DNA of 64,000 nt from Candidatus Heimdallarchaeota archaeon (GTDB lineage Archaea; Asgardarchaeota; Heimdallarchaeia; JABLTI01), in assembly GCA_030614005.1 (NCBI GenBank), contig JAUWKS010000003.1, positions 1,354 through 65,353 of the forward strand, given 5' to 3'. Made by a program: the position numbers and the translations under genes. The number at the start of each line of letters is the position of its first letter. Position 1 is the first letter of the stretch. This document shows, piece after piece, positions 47,093 to 56,804 of the stretch. The notes below the pieces were generated by a model. It was not told the DNA's origin and made no database searches. It saw nothing but the letters and a program-made list of their open reading frames with translations.

Positions 47093-49150
47093 CTATTGTT
47101 TTCTTCTTTTTATTGAAACCGTTGCAACCAAAATTATTGCAAAAATGCTGGTAACGAAAACATATCCAGGAATAAATCCTGAAGCACTTGTTGGAGGTAT
47201 TGTAATATATACTTCACCCGGATTTGGTGTATCTGTTATGAAATCTACAGAACAATCATCTGTGTCGTGATTTGCTGGGTCTCTTTGTAGGGTCAAAGAT
47301 TCATCCATATCACCTGTCCAAGCAGTTATCGATGGAAGACTTCCAGTACCCCAAACAACTGCATCTACCGATGAGGTTGTAGGCGTATCTAATTTCAGAT
47401 AATCACCTGTATTTGCAAGAGTAATGGAACCATAGGTGAAATCTGCTGGGTATGTATAAGCTCCAAGAGCAGTCATTTGTTCTGTGAATGCAGTGGCATT
47501 TCGAGCAAATATCAAAATGTCTCCTGCTGTAAACTCTGTTCCTGCTGGTATAACATAGGTTGCTCCATTATCTGAAACTTCCCATCCTCCAATACCAACA
47601 TCGAAAGAGAACCCATTATACAACTCGAAGAACTCTCCTTCCGGTTCAGGTGTATCTGCATCAAATCTGACTTCAGAAAAGAGTAACAACCATTCAACAC
47701 TATTTATGAGATTAACATCAATTTCATACTCAATAGTAGATAGATCAGATTTCGTACCCACTAGTTTCAATGTATATAATCCATCAGCATAAATTGAAGA
47801 ATCTAAATTATAGGTAACAACTGCAGAAGGATTCGTCCAAGTATTAGCTAATGTATCTCCAACGAATAATTCACCTTTAATGTAAGTATCAATATAGAAT
47901 CCGGCATCTATAACATAAGTTCCTTCAATAACTTCATGCTCTTCTATGTCAATAATTTCCACTACGCCAGTATATCCTGTAGGAACTTCACTATTTGCCC
48001 AGTCCCAATCAAAGACTGTTTTGAAATATGATGCAACATTGGTGTTTTTAACAATCGCGCCTGCTTCTCGATTATTCACTACGGAATTGTTAGACCAATT
48101 AATACTCGAGACTGCAGTAACTTCTCCATCAGCACTAACATATTTGTTATGATTATGACCGAGTCCTTTGAAGAATCGTATCTCAATATCATTTGACAAC
48201 AGAACTTCTGTAACATTCGCATTAGGCGTTCCCGGTTCTGGTATCAATACTCTAACATCAACTCCTCTATTTGCTGCAGCAATAATATCATCTAATAAAT
48301 AACAATCAAACTTAATGTATTGCTGTGAAATATCAAGTGTTGTTGTTGCATTATCTATGAGTGAAGATAATAACTGATAGCTATTATCGGGTGCGAATAT
48401 TGGTGTGACTTCCATATATTCATTTATAACTTCAGGAGTGTCAAATGGATGAGTGTATGTTCCTCCTGTTTCATTTCCTTGTAATAAACCAAGATGAGGT
48501 TCAGTACCTGCATACAGATTGCCAATACCTTGGTCATCGAAGAAAACATTTTCATAAAACGCCGCTATGCTTGCATCTTCAAATGCAAATCCTAATTCCC
48601 TATTGGTTCTTGCATAGTTTACTTGTGGAATACTCGAAGGAGCCCAGTTCCCTGAATAAACAAAGGTTTCAAGACCATCCACAATCCAGAATTTAGCATG
48701 AGTAAAGGTAAAACTAGAACTACACCAAGTAACTATTACTCCAGCAGCATCAAGTCGAAAAGCAGCTTCTTCTGTGTAATCATCTTCGTACCCACTAACC
48801 CGATCATGGGATAATGAAACTTGAACATCTACACCTCTATCTTGAGCAGCAATTAATCGATTGACTAATGGTTCACTCGAGAGTGTATAAACTTCGAGAT
48901 AGAATGACGTTACTGAATCATTTAATGCTTTCATAATCACTTCATAAGCTGAATCCGGCCCGACGAAACAAGTGACCTTGCTCACTCCCGTGAACGTTTG
49001 GGTAGGAATTGCATCGGGGTTTACCCATGGTTCAGAAATATTTATTGGATCTTTCGCAACAACAACTGTTACAGATGGGTTGAGTACCATTAACACTGTA
49101 GGCAGCATTAGCATAGTTGCTACAAAAATCACTAGTCTATTTATTTTCAT
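47093..49150 (-). CDS. Secreted phospholipase-D-superfamily protein (two HKD motifs) with a C-terminal lamin-tail domain and a PGF-CTERM-like membrane anchor
   Basis: Signal peptide MKINRLVIFVATMLMLPTVLMVL; HKD motifs THAKFWIVDG...GNWAPSS and HNHNKYVSADG...SINWSNNS; lamin-tail-domain signature EFFELYNGFSFDVGIGGWEVSD; C-terminus ...IPGYVFVTSIFAIILVATVSIKRRKQ preceded by a Thr/Pro/Ser linker. Confidence 0.6.
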   Translation of the reverse strand: MKINRLVIFVATMLMLPTVLMVLNPSVTVVVAKDPINISEPWVNPDAIPTQTFTGVSKVTCFVGPDSAYEVIMKALNDSVTSFYLEVYTLSSEPLVNRLIAAQDRGVDVQVSLSHDRVSGYEDDYTEEAAFRLDAAGVIVTWCSSSFTFTHAKFWIVDGLETFVYSGNWAPSSIPQVNYARTNRELGFAFEDASIAAFYENVFFDDQGIGNLYAGTEPHLGLLQGNETGGTYTHPFDTPEVINEYMEVTPIFAPDNSYQLLSSLIDNATTTLDISQQYIKFDCYLLDDIIAAANRGVDVRVLIPEPGTPNANVTEVLLSNDIEIRFFKGLGHNHNKYVSADGEVTAVSSINWSNNSVVNNREAGAIVKNTNVASYFKTVFDWDWANSEVPTGYTGVVEIIDIEEHEVIEGTYVIDAGFYIDTYIKGELFVGDTLANTWTNPSAVVTYNLDSSIYADGLYTLKLVGTKSDLSTIEYEIDVNLINSVEWLLLFSEVRFDADTPEPEGEFFELYNGFSFDVGIGGWEVSDNGATYVIPAGTEFTAGDILIFARNATAFTEQMTALGAYTYPADFTYGSITLANTGDYLKLDTPTTSSVDAVVWGTGSLPSITAWTGDMDESLTLQRDPANHDTDDCSVDFITDTPNPGEVYITIPPTSASGFIPGYVFVTSIFAIILVATVSIKRRKQ

Positions 49151-49228
49151 AAAAGATAATTAGCATCTCATTAAATAAATAGGTAGCGCCTAAAAAAATG
49201 AGTTGTGGGATAGAGGTATCCCGATTAA

Positions 49229-49678
49229 TTATTTCTGTAATATTTCAGATGCTTTTACAAAAACTTCTGCTGGATTTGGTCGTCTTAGTTGGTTTTTTAT
49301 TAATCTTTGATATTGAAGATATTGACGATCATCGAGTTCCATTATTTCTATAATCTCTTCTTTTGTTTTCTCCATTATTCCAGGAATAGCTATTAGCTCT
49401 TGAGCAAATTCTAATGGACTTAAGCGTTGTTCTGCAGTTCTTGCGGGTTCGCCCAAAATAGATTTGAAAAAGTTAATATCTTCTTGAGTTGCACCCCAGA
49501 CATTAAATGAATACTTGTCTTCCTCTTTTTGTTCTTTGATTTGTAATTTTGGTTTCACTAAAATGAATCTATTAACACCATCATCGGCGATATGAACAGT
49601 AGTTGCATATTTTTCAGCGATTTTGTCTAGTTGATCTGGAGAGTAGTTTTCTTTACTAATAAAAAATACGGCTTTCAT
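49229..49678 (-). CDS. Hypothetical protein (149 aa)
   Basis: Clean ATG ORF between lplA and the PLD-like gene. Confidence 0.45.
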   Translation of the reverse strand: MKAVFFISKENYSPDQLDKIAEKYATTVHIADDGVNRFILVKPKLQIKEQKEEDKYSFNVWGATQEDINFFKSILGEPARTAEQRLSPLEFAQELIAIPGIMEKTKEEIIEIMELDDRQYLQYQRLIKNQLRRPNPAEVFVKASEILQK

Positions 49679-49731
49679 AACTTTGAATTCTTTCCGTACT
49701 TTTTATTGCTTTCTCTATCAGCAAAAATGAA

Positions 49732-50841
49732 CTAAAAAAGATCTTTGACTGAAAGTTCAATCGCTTTTAAGAAATCATCGGGGGTTACACCAGGAATATC
49801 TAGTTGATGTTCTTGATAAGCAATTGAAATAGCACTTTCGATGTGTTTTGGATGAACAAGCTTACCAATGAGAGCATTTTCAAGAATTTCGGGAGTATTC
49901 ATTGGGTTAGCAGAAAAATCACCACTAATAATAACATCCTTGAAAAAATTATCAACAATTTCCATGAAGATACGAATAAGTCCACCCGGAGCTTTGTAGA
50001 CTGATTCGTAAATTTGAGTTGAACCTGAAATCTTCACTTTTCGTTTTGACATTAAATCGGTGCGCCTGTGTTGTGGAATATTCAACCATTCATCTTCTTT
50101 GTAAAGTTTGAGAAGTTCTTTATTGATAACTTGTTCTTTTGGCAGAAATTTTGTTTCTCTTCTAAACTTCACGCCAAGAACTTTCTCAAAATTAGCAATC
50201 AAGATTTGTTTGACTTCCTGTCTATCTGGTTCTTCCTTAAGGAATCCCTTAATTGTTCCTAACCTTTCACGTAAACTTGAAGCTACTTTATCTCTAAATT
50301 TCTCATTTGGTACTTTGAGAATCTTGACCATTTCTTCAAAATTAAAATCAAAAATAAGATTGCCTGTTAAAACTCGAGCACCACCAACTTGTGCTGCGCC
50401 ATTTCCGGAAATTTTCTTGCCCTCAGCAATAATATCATTTACTGGTGCATAAACGGCATTGATTCCTATTGTTTTGTAAGTTTCAATTGGTGCTTGAAGT
50501 ATTTTCTGATAGAATCCAGCAACATCTTTTGGTATAATTTTACTATCTAATCTGGCAATTACTTGGTAGAACAATTGACCATTATCAAGGTAAACCGCTC
50601 CACCTCCTAAGGGTCTCCGAACTATTGGCAAATTATTTTTCTTACAATATTCTACGTCTACTTCTTCATCAATTATTTGATGATACCCTATACAAACCAC
50701 CGGATCTTCAGGCCAACAAATAATAATTGTATTTTCAATATCATCGTATTTTTCCATTGCTTCAGCAACTGCATGATATACAGTTTGAGATTCAGCTCCA
50801 GGTAATCCATCAAATTCAATTAAACGCCATTCTTCAGACAT
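49732..50841 (-). CDS. lplA: Lipoate-protein ligase A (two-domain form)
   Basis: BPL/LplA/LipB catalytic-domain motifs (RRPLGGGAVYLDNGQLFY; lysine in ...GKKISGNGAAQ); 369 aa includes the accessory C-terminal domain. gcvH is present in the window. Confidence 0.7.
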   Translation of the reverse strand: MSEEWRLIEFDGLPGAESQTVYHAVAEAMEKYDDIENTIIICWPEDPVVCIGYHQIIDEEVDVEYCKKNNLPIVRRPLGGGAVYLDNGQLFYQVIARLDSKIIPKDVAGFYQKILQAPIETYKTIGINAVYAPVNDIIAEGKKISGNGAAQVGGARVLTGNLIFDFNFEEMVKILKVPNEKFRDKVASSLRERLGTIKGFLKEEPDRQEVKQILIANFEKVLGVKFRRETKFLPKEQVINKELLKLYKEDEWLNIPQHRRTDLMSKRKVKISGSTQIYESVYKAPGGLIRIFMEIVDNFFKDVIISGDFSANPMNTPEILENALIGKLVHPKHIESAISIAYQEHQLDIPGVTPDDFLKAIELSVKDLF

Positions 50842-50956
50842 AGTTTACCAACTCTAATTATTATGTTGCCTTTCTTCCAATACAAGTAATTGTTAATATT
50901 TCTTTCCCAATAATTTTTAAAATTGGAAATCTAGATTGTATAAGCATGGTGATACA

Positions 50957-51322
50957 ATGATTTTTGAGAAAACGAAATTTGGTTTTGTTATTGTTGATGG
51001 GAAAAAATATACTCATGACATTTATCTTAACCTTGATGGAACAATTACCAAACGAAAGAAAGAGCTATCAAAACCTCATAGTAAGGGTCATACAGTCTTA
51101 GGACCTGAAGAGATAAAATACCTGCTAGATCAAAAACCTGAAACATTGATTATTGGTAAAGGTCAATATGGTATTTTGCCCATGCCTAAAGAATCTAAGA
51201 AACTGTTGGATGAGTCTGGAATTATTGTTATTAAAACAAAAACACCAAATGCTCTGCCAATGATTAATGAACTTTTGAAACAAAAAGCAAAAATCGTAGC
51301 AATATTACATTTAACATGCTAA
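50957..51322 (+). CDS. Mth938-like domain protein
   Basis: About 120 aa with FGFVIVDGKKYTHDIYL...GHTVLGPEEI...LIIGKGQYG...AILHLTC, matching the Mth938/DUF498 pattern. ATG at 50957 preferred over the ORF-track TTG at 50936. Confidence 0.5.
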   Translation: MIFEKTKFGFVIVDGKKYTHDIYLNLDGTITKRKKELSKPHSKGHTVLGPEEIKYLLDQKPETLIIGKGQYGILPMPKESKKLLDESGIIVIKTKTPNALPMINELLKQKAKIVAILHLTC

Positions 51323-51373
51323 AACAACTTAGCTATTAAATTGAATAGTGTTTTATAGAATGAAAATCAATAA

Positions 51374-52609
51374 ATGTTACCTAGAAAAAATTTGTTGGAG
51401 AGTAAAAGTGTGCCAAAAAGAGATGTTATTACAGAAAAAGTATTCACTATAAGAAAACCTAGTTTCTCTAAACTTCTCTCTCCAACTATAACTGCTGCTG
51501 AGAAAGAAATAAATGACCATCTAAAACGTAATGACATTGAATCAACAGCAGACCCTCGTAATGAGGGAGACATTTTAGTTGTTTTCATACATGGTTTTGC
51601 TGCTTCTAAATATTGCTGGCTTGATCCTGATGTTGGCAATATGGGTTGGGTTAAGGATTACGAAAATACCCCACCTATTCGAGATTTTGGTTGGCACACT
51701 ATCCCTCCACCTCCCTTTGTGCCTATTGATTGGACATTATCAAATCAAATAATCATTAATGGTGCATCAACAGAAATGGATAAGGCTGGAGTTGAGTGGT
51801 TAACATACTCCCAAGGTTCAGCTTTTGGTGATATTGAAAATTCTGTAGATGAATTAAAAAATATTATGCGTGAAATAAGAATTATCTACGGTCATAGAAG
51901 AATCATAATTATCGCTCATTCACGAGGTGGACTGATCTCAAAAAGATATCTTGATACAGTTCAAGATACTGACGTGGAGAAACTTATTACGTTTGGAACA
52001 CCGTTTGGTGGGACATTTATGTCTTCAATAGAGACATTTCGAAAACCTTCGAAACATTTCTTGAATAGATTTAAAACAGCAAGAAAATTGTGGGATGTCA
52101 GCCAAGAGCGTCGTGTCGAATCTGTTGCAACAAAACAAATGGCACCAAACTCGGAATTTCTCACGCAATTACATAATAGTGGTTGCAGAAATGATGTCAA
52201 ATATGTTAATGTCGCAGGATCAAATTCGCACTACACAAATGTGTATTCTTGGAGATGGGCAACATCCTCTTGGAAAAGAAATTTTCGACTAGCTAGAAGA
52301 AAGAAAAAGGAACGAAAAAAACTGAAAGCAAATAATCACCCTCCAATAGATTGGTGGAATCTCCCAAATTATCCATTTATCAATGCCCACAATTGGATTA
52401 TGGAACCTGTCAAATTATTTGAAATTTATCCTAAAATAGGTTATCCTGAAGTAATGCAAGGTGATGGTGCTGTTTCAATTATAAGTGCTCTTTCTGATCT
52501 TCCGGAAGTTAAGCATTATGTTATACATAAAAATCATATAGATATGACTTGTTGTATTGATGGGTATGAAATAATGCATAAAGAATTGGAATTAAGCATG
52601 GAAGATTAA
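51374..52609 (+). CDS. Alpha/beta-hydrolase-fold lipase/esterase-like protein
   Basis: Nucleophile elbow IIAHSRGGL (G-x-S-x-G variant AHSRG); VVFIHGFAASKY oxyanion region; C-terminal Asp/His candidates; basic insert RRKKKERKKLK. Confidence 0.55.
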   Translation: MLPRKNLLESKSVPKRDVITEKVFTIRKPSFSKLLSPTITAAEKEINDHLKRNDIESTADPRNEGDILVVFIHGFAASKYCWLDPDVGNMGWVKDYENTPPIRDFGWHTIPPPPFVPIDWTLSNQIIINGASTEMDKAGVEWLTYSQGSAFGDIENSVDELKNIMREIRIIYGHRRIIIIAHSRGGLISKRYLDTVQDTDVEKLITFGTPFGGTFMSSIETFRKPSKHFLNRFKTARKLWDVSQERRVESVATKQMAPNSEFLTQLHNSGCRNDVKYVNVAGSNSHYTNVYSWRWATSSWKRNFRLARRKKKERKKLKANNHPPIDWWNLPNYPFINAHNWIMEPVKLFEIYPKIGYPEVMQGDGAVSIISALSDLPEVKHYVIHKNHIDMTCCIDGYEIMHKELELSMED

Positions 52610-52651
52610 TGCTTACAAATTTACTATAGTGGTTGTTTAATTTTGCATGAA

Positions 52652-53662
52652 ATGAAAATTACCCAAACTAATCAAAAAAATAAGGTCAAAATCAAGCGAG
52701 TGTTTTTTTGGCGACTGTTTTGGTTTGCAAAACTAAACATTAAAATTCATAAAAAGGATCCCATATTTCGTAAAGCACAAGTCAATTTTTCTGCAAGGCT
52801 AAAGTTCTTTTTGAGTTTTAGTTGGAAAATCTTCCTCCAAACGCGTTTCATATTATTAGAAAATGGTCATGTTGCTGGCACGCTTTCTTTAGATGTTAAA
52901 CCTAATTCAGTTTTTGTTTATGCCGTTGGTTTATTGGAAGAATATCGACGTAAAGGATATGGTAGTATACTTATGAAATTTACAGAAGATTTTGCTAAAA
53001 AACGAAAAATAGATTTTGTCAATTTTTCTGTTCTGTTGGATAACGAAGCTGCAATAGGTATGTACAACAAATTAGGTTATGAATCTCAAGGAATAGGTTT
53101 AACGTTAATTAGATATATTAAAGAGAAATTGGTGGAAATAAATACAGATGAAATAATTGATGAATTTGGTGAGATAACTTTTAGAAGAATGATACATAGC
53201 AAAGAAATTAAGTCAAAGTCGATTTATTGGTGGAGTGAGGAAATTGAAGCGTTTGCTGGTCAGAAAGCAAAAGAGAATAGTATTCAAACAGGTCTTTTAG
53301 ACTTTGATTTCAGAAACGAATGGAAAATATTTGAGATACTAACAAATAATAAGGAATCTGGAATTGTTGCAATTCTTCCCTCAGGCATTTTTTTAACTTT
53401 AGTCTTTTTTTCAGACCCAAAGAATACTTGGTCAGTAAATTGGACTAAATTATTTATACATACAATTGTAAATGAAAAACTTGGCAAGCCCTTAATAAAA
53501 AATCTCACTGCCACTTCAAGTTCAATATCATTGAATACTACTCCCCTTATTCAGGTATTTCTAACAAACCAACACAAAGATGCCCTCGCAGAGGCGAATA
53601 AATCACTCTTCATCCATGATCCAGATGAGGATCGACAAATCTTTTTCAAAAAGCTGGATTAA
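52652..53662 (+). CDS. GNAT-family N-acetyltransferase with a C-terminal domain of about 170 aa of unknown function
   Basis: Acetyl-CoA-binding region RRKGYGSILMKF...AIGMYNKLGYESQG; ATG at 52652. Confidence 0.5.
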   Translation: MKITQTNQKNKVKIKRVFFWRLFWFAKLNIKIHKKDPIFRKAQVNFSARLKFFLSFSWKIFLQTRFILLENGHVAGTLSLDVKPNSVFVYAVGLLEEYRRKGYGSILMKFTEDFAKKRKIDFVNFSVLLDNEAAIGMYNKLGYESQGIGLTLIRYIKEKLVEINTDEIIDEFGEITFRRMIHSKEIKSKSIYWWSEEIEAFAGQKAKENSIQTGLLDFDFRNEWKIFEILTNNKESGIVAILPSGIFLTLVFFSDPKNTWSVNWTKLFIHTIVNEKLGKPLIKNLTATSSSISLNTTPLIQVFLTNQHKDALAEANKSLFIHDPDEDRQIFFKKLD

Positions 53663-53760
53663 ATTATTAAATATAGTAATTCTTTTAACTTTAGTAAGCT
53701 TGAAGGAATTTATTGAGTAATCACTATCTATTCTTAATCTAAGTAAGCAGGTGAATTAGA

Positions 53761-54420
53761 ATGACCTCAGTTGACAAAAACGAGATAACTGTTGATGGAA
53801 AAAGTGAAATGATAATAACCCATACAAAGAAAAGAATATTGATAGAACTTGTTTTCTTCTTATTTTGGGGTGGAATTGGAATTGCATTGATAGTTTTTGG
53901 TTCTATGCTTGTTGAGATTAGTAACCTTGGACTTGGCATTCCTATGATAATTATTGGTAGTTTTATTTTTATAATTTTCTTCGAATCATTTCTTTCTAAA
54001 TTAACTAATAAAATAATATTGAATAAGGGAGAAATAAAAACTAGAGCATTTATTAGATGGTTTTCTCTGTCTTGGTCAGAGATTGAATCATTCGAAATTG
54101 AAAAACGAGCTTCTTCAGTATTGAGAAGCAATTGGTCTTCGAGAATTACAATAATGAAAATTATCTCTACCAGTGAGAAACAAATACTATACCCTCTGTA
54201 CAGATTTAATGCTGCTGAAGCAGAAAATATCGTTATCTTGATAAAAGACTACTTTAAAGCCAATAGAGGTATCGAACTCAATGAAAAAACAATCAAATTT
54301 TCAGGAAAGAAAGAATTTGAGCCTTCTAGTGATTCTGATGAAAATCATTCATTAAATCTTGAGAAAGATATTGAATCACAAATACCACCTCGAGTAAAAG
54401 AATATGAAATAGAAGATTAA
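53761..54420 (+). CDS. Membrane protein with two N-terminal TM helices and a PH-like (bPH_2-type) domain; acidic tail
   Basis: Two hydrophobic helices (LIELVFFLFWGGIGIALIVFG; IPMIIIGSFIFIIFF) followed by a domain of about 110 aa, as in bacterial PH (YdbT-like) proteins. Confidence 0.4.
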   Translation: MTSVDKNEITVDGKSEMIITHTKKRILIELVFFLFWGGIGIALIVFGSMLVEISNLGLGIPMIIIGSFIFIIFFESFLSKLTNKIILNKGEIKTRAFIRWFSLSWSEIESFEIEKRASSVLRSNWSSRITIMKIISTSEKQILYPLYRFNAAEAENIVILIKDYFKANRGIELNEKTIKFSGKKEFEPSSDSDENHSLNLEKDIESQIPPRVKEYEIED

Positions 54421-54433
54421 ATAGTAAAATCTT

Positions 54434-55417
54434 CTACATAGTTAGTGAGGAGCAATTAACAATCCATTCATTATCATGGTCATAAGATTTTATATCTTCG
54501 CTAAATTTTATCATTCGTAATAAAGATGATCTGATATGAAACCCATAATTCAGAAGGTATTCATATACCAACCAATAACTTGAGTTAACACTCAATCTTA
54601 ATTCTGTTTTCCCATGTTTTTGTCCAAAATCTTCACAACAAAGAAGAAGAACATCTAATACTTGTTTATTTTTTTCATCTTTATCAATAACAAGTATTTT
54701 TACCATTAATGTGGGATTATCTTTCTCTCCTTGTCTATTAGATACTAACCGGCAATTCGCAAATGCTATAATGAATCCATCTTTCTTGAGTAAAATGGTT
54801 TCACCTTGGTTGTATTTTTCTGTAACAACAATTTTAGAAGTATAATCTAACCCGTTCTCGGTTTTGCTTGATAACCACCTACATCTTGTAAGGGCATCTT
54901 CCTGTTGAGGTTCCTCGGAAAAATATTGTATTTCAATGCTATCTTTTTCGAGTAATTTATTTAATTCTATTTGTTTTTTAGAAGTGAAATCAATCTGCTT
55001 TTTTAATGACATCGTTTGAAAAGCCGGTTTGAAGCCTAATTTACTAAATAAACCAATATTTGTTGCACTTGAAGTCATTGTTTCTAAACTTAATTTAGTG
55101 ACATTCTTTTCAACATCGAGGTATTTTATAGCACCTACCATTAATTCTTTTCCTACTCCTTTATTTTGATAATCTGGATGCACACCAAATGTACCTATCC
55201 ATCCAAATTTACCCCAAACATGCGCAAAGATTGCTCCGACAACTTTTCTTTTATCTATAGCAACTAAACATCCATTTGGGTCTAATTCCATATAAGGAAT
55301 AATATATTCAGGAGCTCTGTACCTTTTCACAGCATCTTTTCCTCTTCTTTGAATATTCCAAACTTGAAAAGCTTCAGCTAGTACATCGATAACCTCTGGT
55401 AGATGCTTTTTTGTCAT
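54434..55417 (-). CDS. GNAT-family acetyltransferase (tandem GNAT-like halves)
   Basis: VGAIFAHVWGKFGWIGTFGVHPDYQNKGVGKELM; ATG at 55417 preferred over the TTG at 55432. Confidence 0.55.
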   Translation of the reverse strand: MTKKHLPEVIDVLAEAFQVWNIQRRGKDAVKRYRAPEYIIPYMELDPNGCLVAIDKRKVVGAIFAHVWGKFGWIGTFGVHPDYQNKGVGKELMVGAIKYLDVEKNVTKLSLETMTSSATNIGLFSKLGFKPAFQTMSLKKQIDFTSKKQIELNKLLEKDSIEIQYFSEEPQQEDALTRCRWLSSKTENGLDYTSKIVVTEKYNQGETILLKKDGFIIAFANCRLVSNRQGEKDNPTLMVKILVIDKDEKNKQVLDVLLLCCEDFGQKHGKTELRLSVNSSYWLVYEYLLNYGFHIRSSLLRMIKFSEDIKSYDHDNEWIVNCSSLTM

Positions 55418-55499
55418 CTTTGTAATTTTCAATAGATAGTCACTTCTTTTTTTTCAAACAGTTCATTGTATTTTTCTTCTAATGAACAATATCAGCTTT

Positions 55500-56009
55500 T
55501 TAATTAGGAAGGAATATTCTCCATCCATTTATAACAAATAATGTTACTCCAATCAATACAAGAACCAATCCTAGTACTCTGCCTAGAGTGAGGGTATTTT
55601 TTAAACCAAGACCTTTAACTGTTTTTTCTCCAAGATAGGGGAAAATAATAATACCTATTCCTAAAGAGACGAAAACTAAGAAAACAAATAACAAATTACC
55701 GAAAATAGCCAAACAAGTTAACAAAATCACGGGAAATATAATAATGAACAAAAAATAGATTACTCGAAGTATCTTAGAATAATTGTAAAATCGAATTATC
55801 TTCTGTTCATGCTCTTTGGAGCAGTAATAATATGCCCGTGTTTGATCTTCTTTAGTTATTTTTACTTGCGAAAATTGTTCATTTTCATCTTCTAATTGAT
55901 GACACCAATGACACAATGGTTCTAACGTTTCATTTGAAGTAGTGTCTACGTTTTCCTGTGAATCTAAAGACTGTGTACTGCTATTGTTAAATTCAGAATC
56001 TTGTGTCAT
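55500..56009 (-). CDS. Membrane protein with an N-terminal TRASH/YHS-like zinc ribbon and three or four TM helices
   Basis: CHWCHQL...x23...YYCSKEHEQKIIRF fits a C-x2-C...C-x3-H TRASH-like ribbon; followed by long hydrophobic helices. Confidence 0.45.
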   Translation of the reverse strand: MTQDSEFNNSSTQSLDSQENVDTTSNETLEPLCHWCHQLEDENEQFSQVKITKEDQTRAYYYCSKEHEQKIIRFYNYSKILRVIYFLFIIIFPVILLTCLAIFGNLLFVFLVFVSLGIGIIIFPYLGEKTVKGLGLKNTLTLGRVLGLVLVLIGVTLFVINGWRIFLPN

Positions 56010-56212
56010 AAAGAATCAATATAATCTTGAAATAAAATCTTTGCCTAAATTTCTGGTTATTTTAGTACAATTTGCAATCGTTATGTTTTAATTCTTCAAA
56101 AACAATTTAATAACAGAAAAATTATCAATTAAACAAATTTTATTCAAAGCAACAAACTTAAAAGTAAAATACCTATTAATAAAACCGTAGATAAACTATA
56201 AGGTGAAACATC

Positions 56213-56356
56213 GTGCCCTTTCAATGCCCAAAGTGCGGATCAGAAAATATCAAAGAAGTAGAAGACAAATCAAGAGTTTTAGGCTATGCTGGTCATGTGC
56301 CCATTTACGCAAAAATAAAAGTTTGCAAAGAATGTAGTAACAGATTCAATGATTAG
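56213..56356 (+). CDS. Small zinc-ribbon protein (47 aa), unannotated
   Basis: GTG at 56213 with AAGGTGA 6-7 nt upstream; encodes VPFQCPKCGSENIKEVEDKSRVLGYAGHVPIYAKIKVCKECSNRFND (CPxCG...CxxC); a T-rich terminator-like tract follows at 56440-56464. Confidence 0.35.
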   Translation: MPFQCPKCGSENIKEVEDKSRVLGYAGHVPIYAKIKVCKECSNRFND

Positions 56357-56464
56357 TCGATTGAATAAATCAACTAACTGCCTGAAAAGAAAGAATTGAT
56401 TTTTCATTTCTTTCCTCAAGATTTTATAAGATGAAAACAAACCTTTTTTTCTTTATTTTTTTAA

Positions 56465-56669
56465 TTTAATCCTTCTCCCAAATCACTTTGCCATCTGGTT
56501 GTGGAACTTGTACTATATCCACAATAATGGGTGGGCGCACACGAATTTTAAGTCCATATTTTCGCGCTAGTTCGTTCAATTTTTCTTTGGTATCTTCTAA
56601 AGCATAAACAATTGTTTCATCCACTAAAAAATCAAGTGTTTCTTTATCTATCGGTATTTTTTTTCCTCA
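56465..56669 (-). other. Small minus-strand ORF (about 66 aa) whose ATG is out of frame by one base within a T8 homopolymer
   Basis: ATG (minus) at 56667-56669 followed by the run 56656-56663; the long open frame 56465-56665 encodes ...KKIPIDKETLDFLVDETIVYALEDTKEKLNELARKYGLKIRVRPPIIVDIVQVPQPDGKVIWEKD, stop at 56465-56467. An in-frame GTG would give a 52-aa product. Confidence 0.25.
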
Positions 56670-56804
56670 TATACTTTTATGTAATGAGTCTTTTTCTCAG
56701 TTCCTATTGTTGACTATAATTTGCTTTTAACAATTTTCAATATTAGGTAGATTTTTGTAATATGAGTTCTTAATCAAAGTACTAATTACTTTGAGGAAAA
56801 ATAG

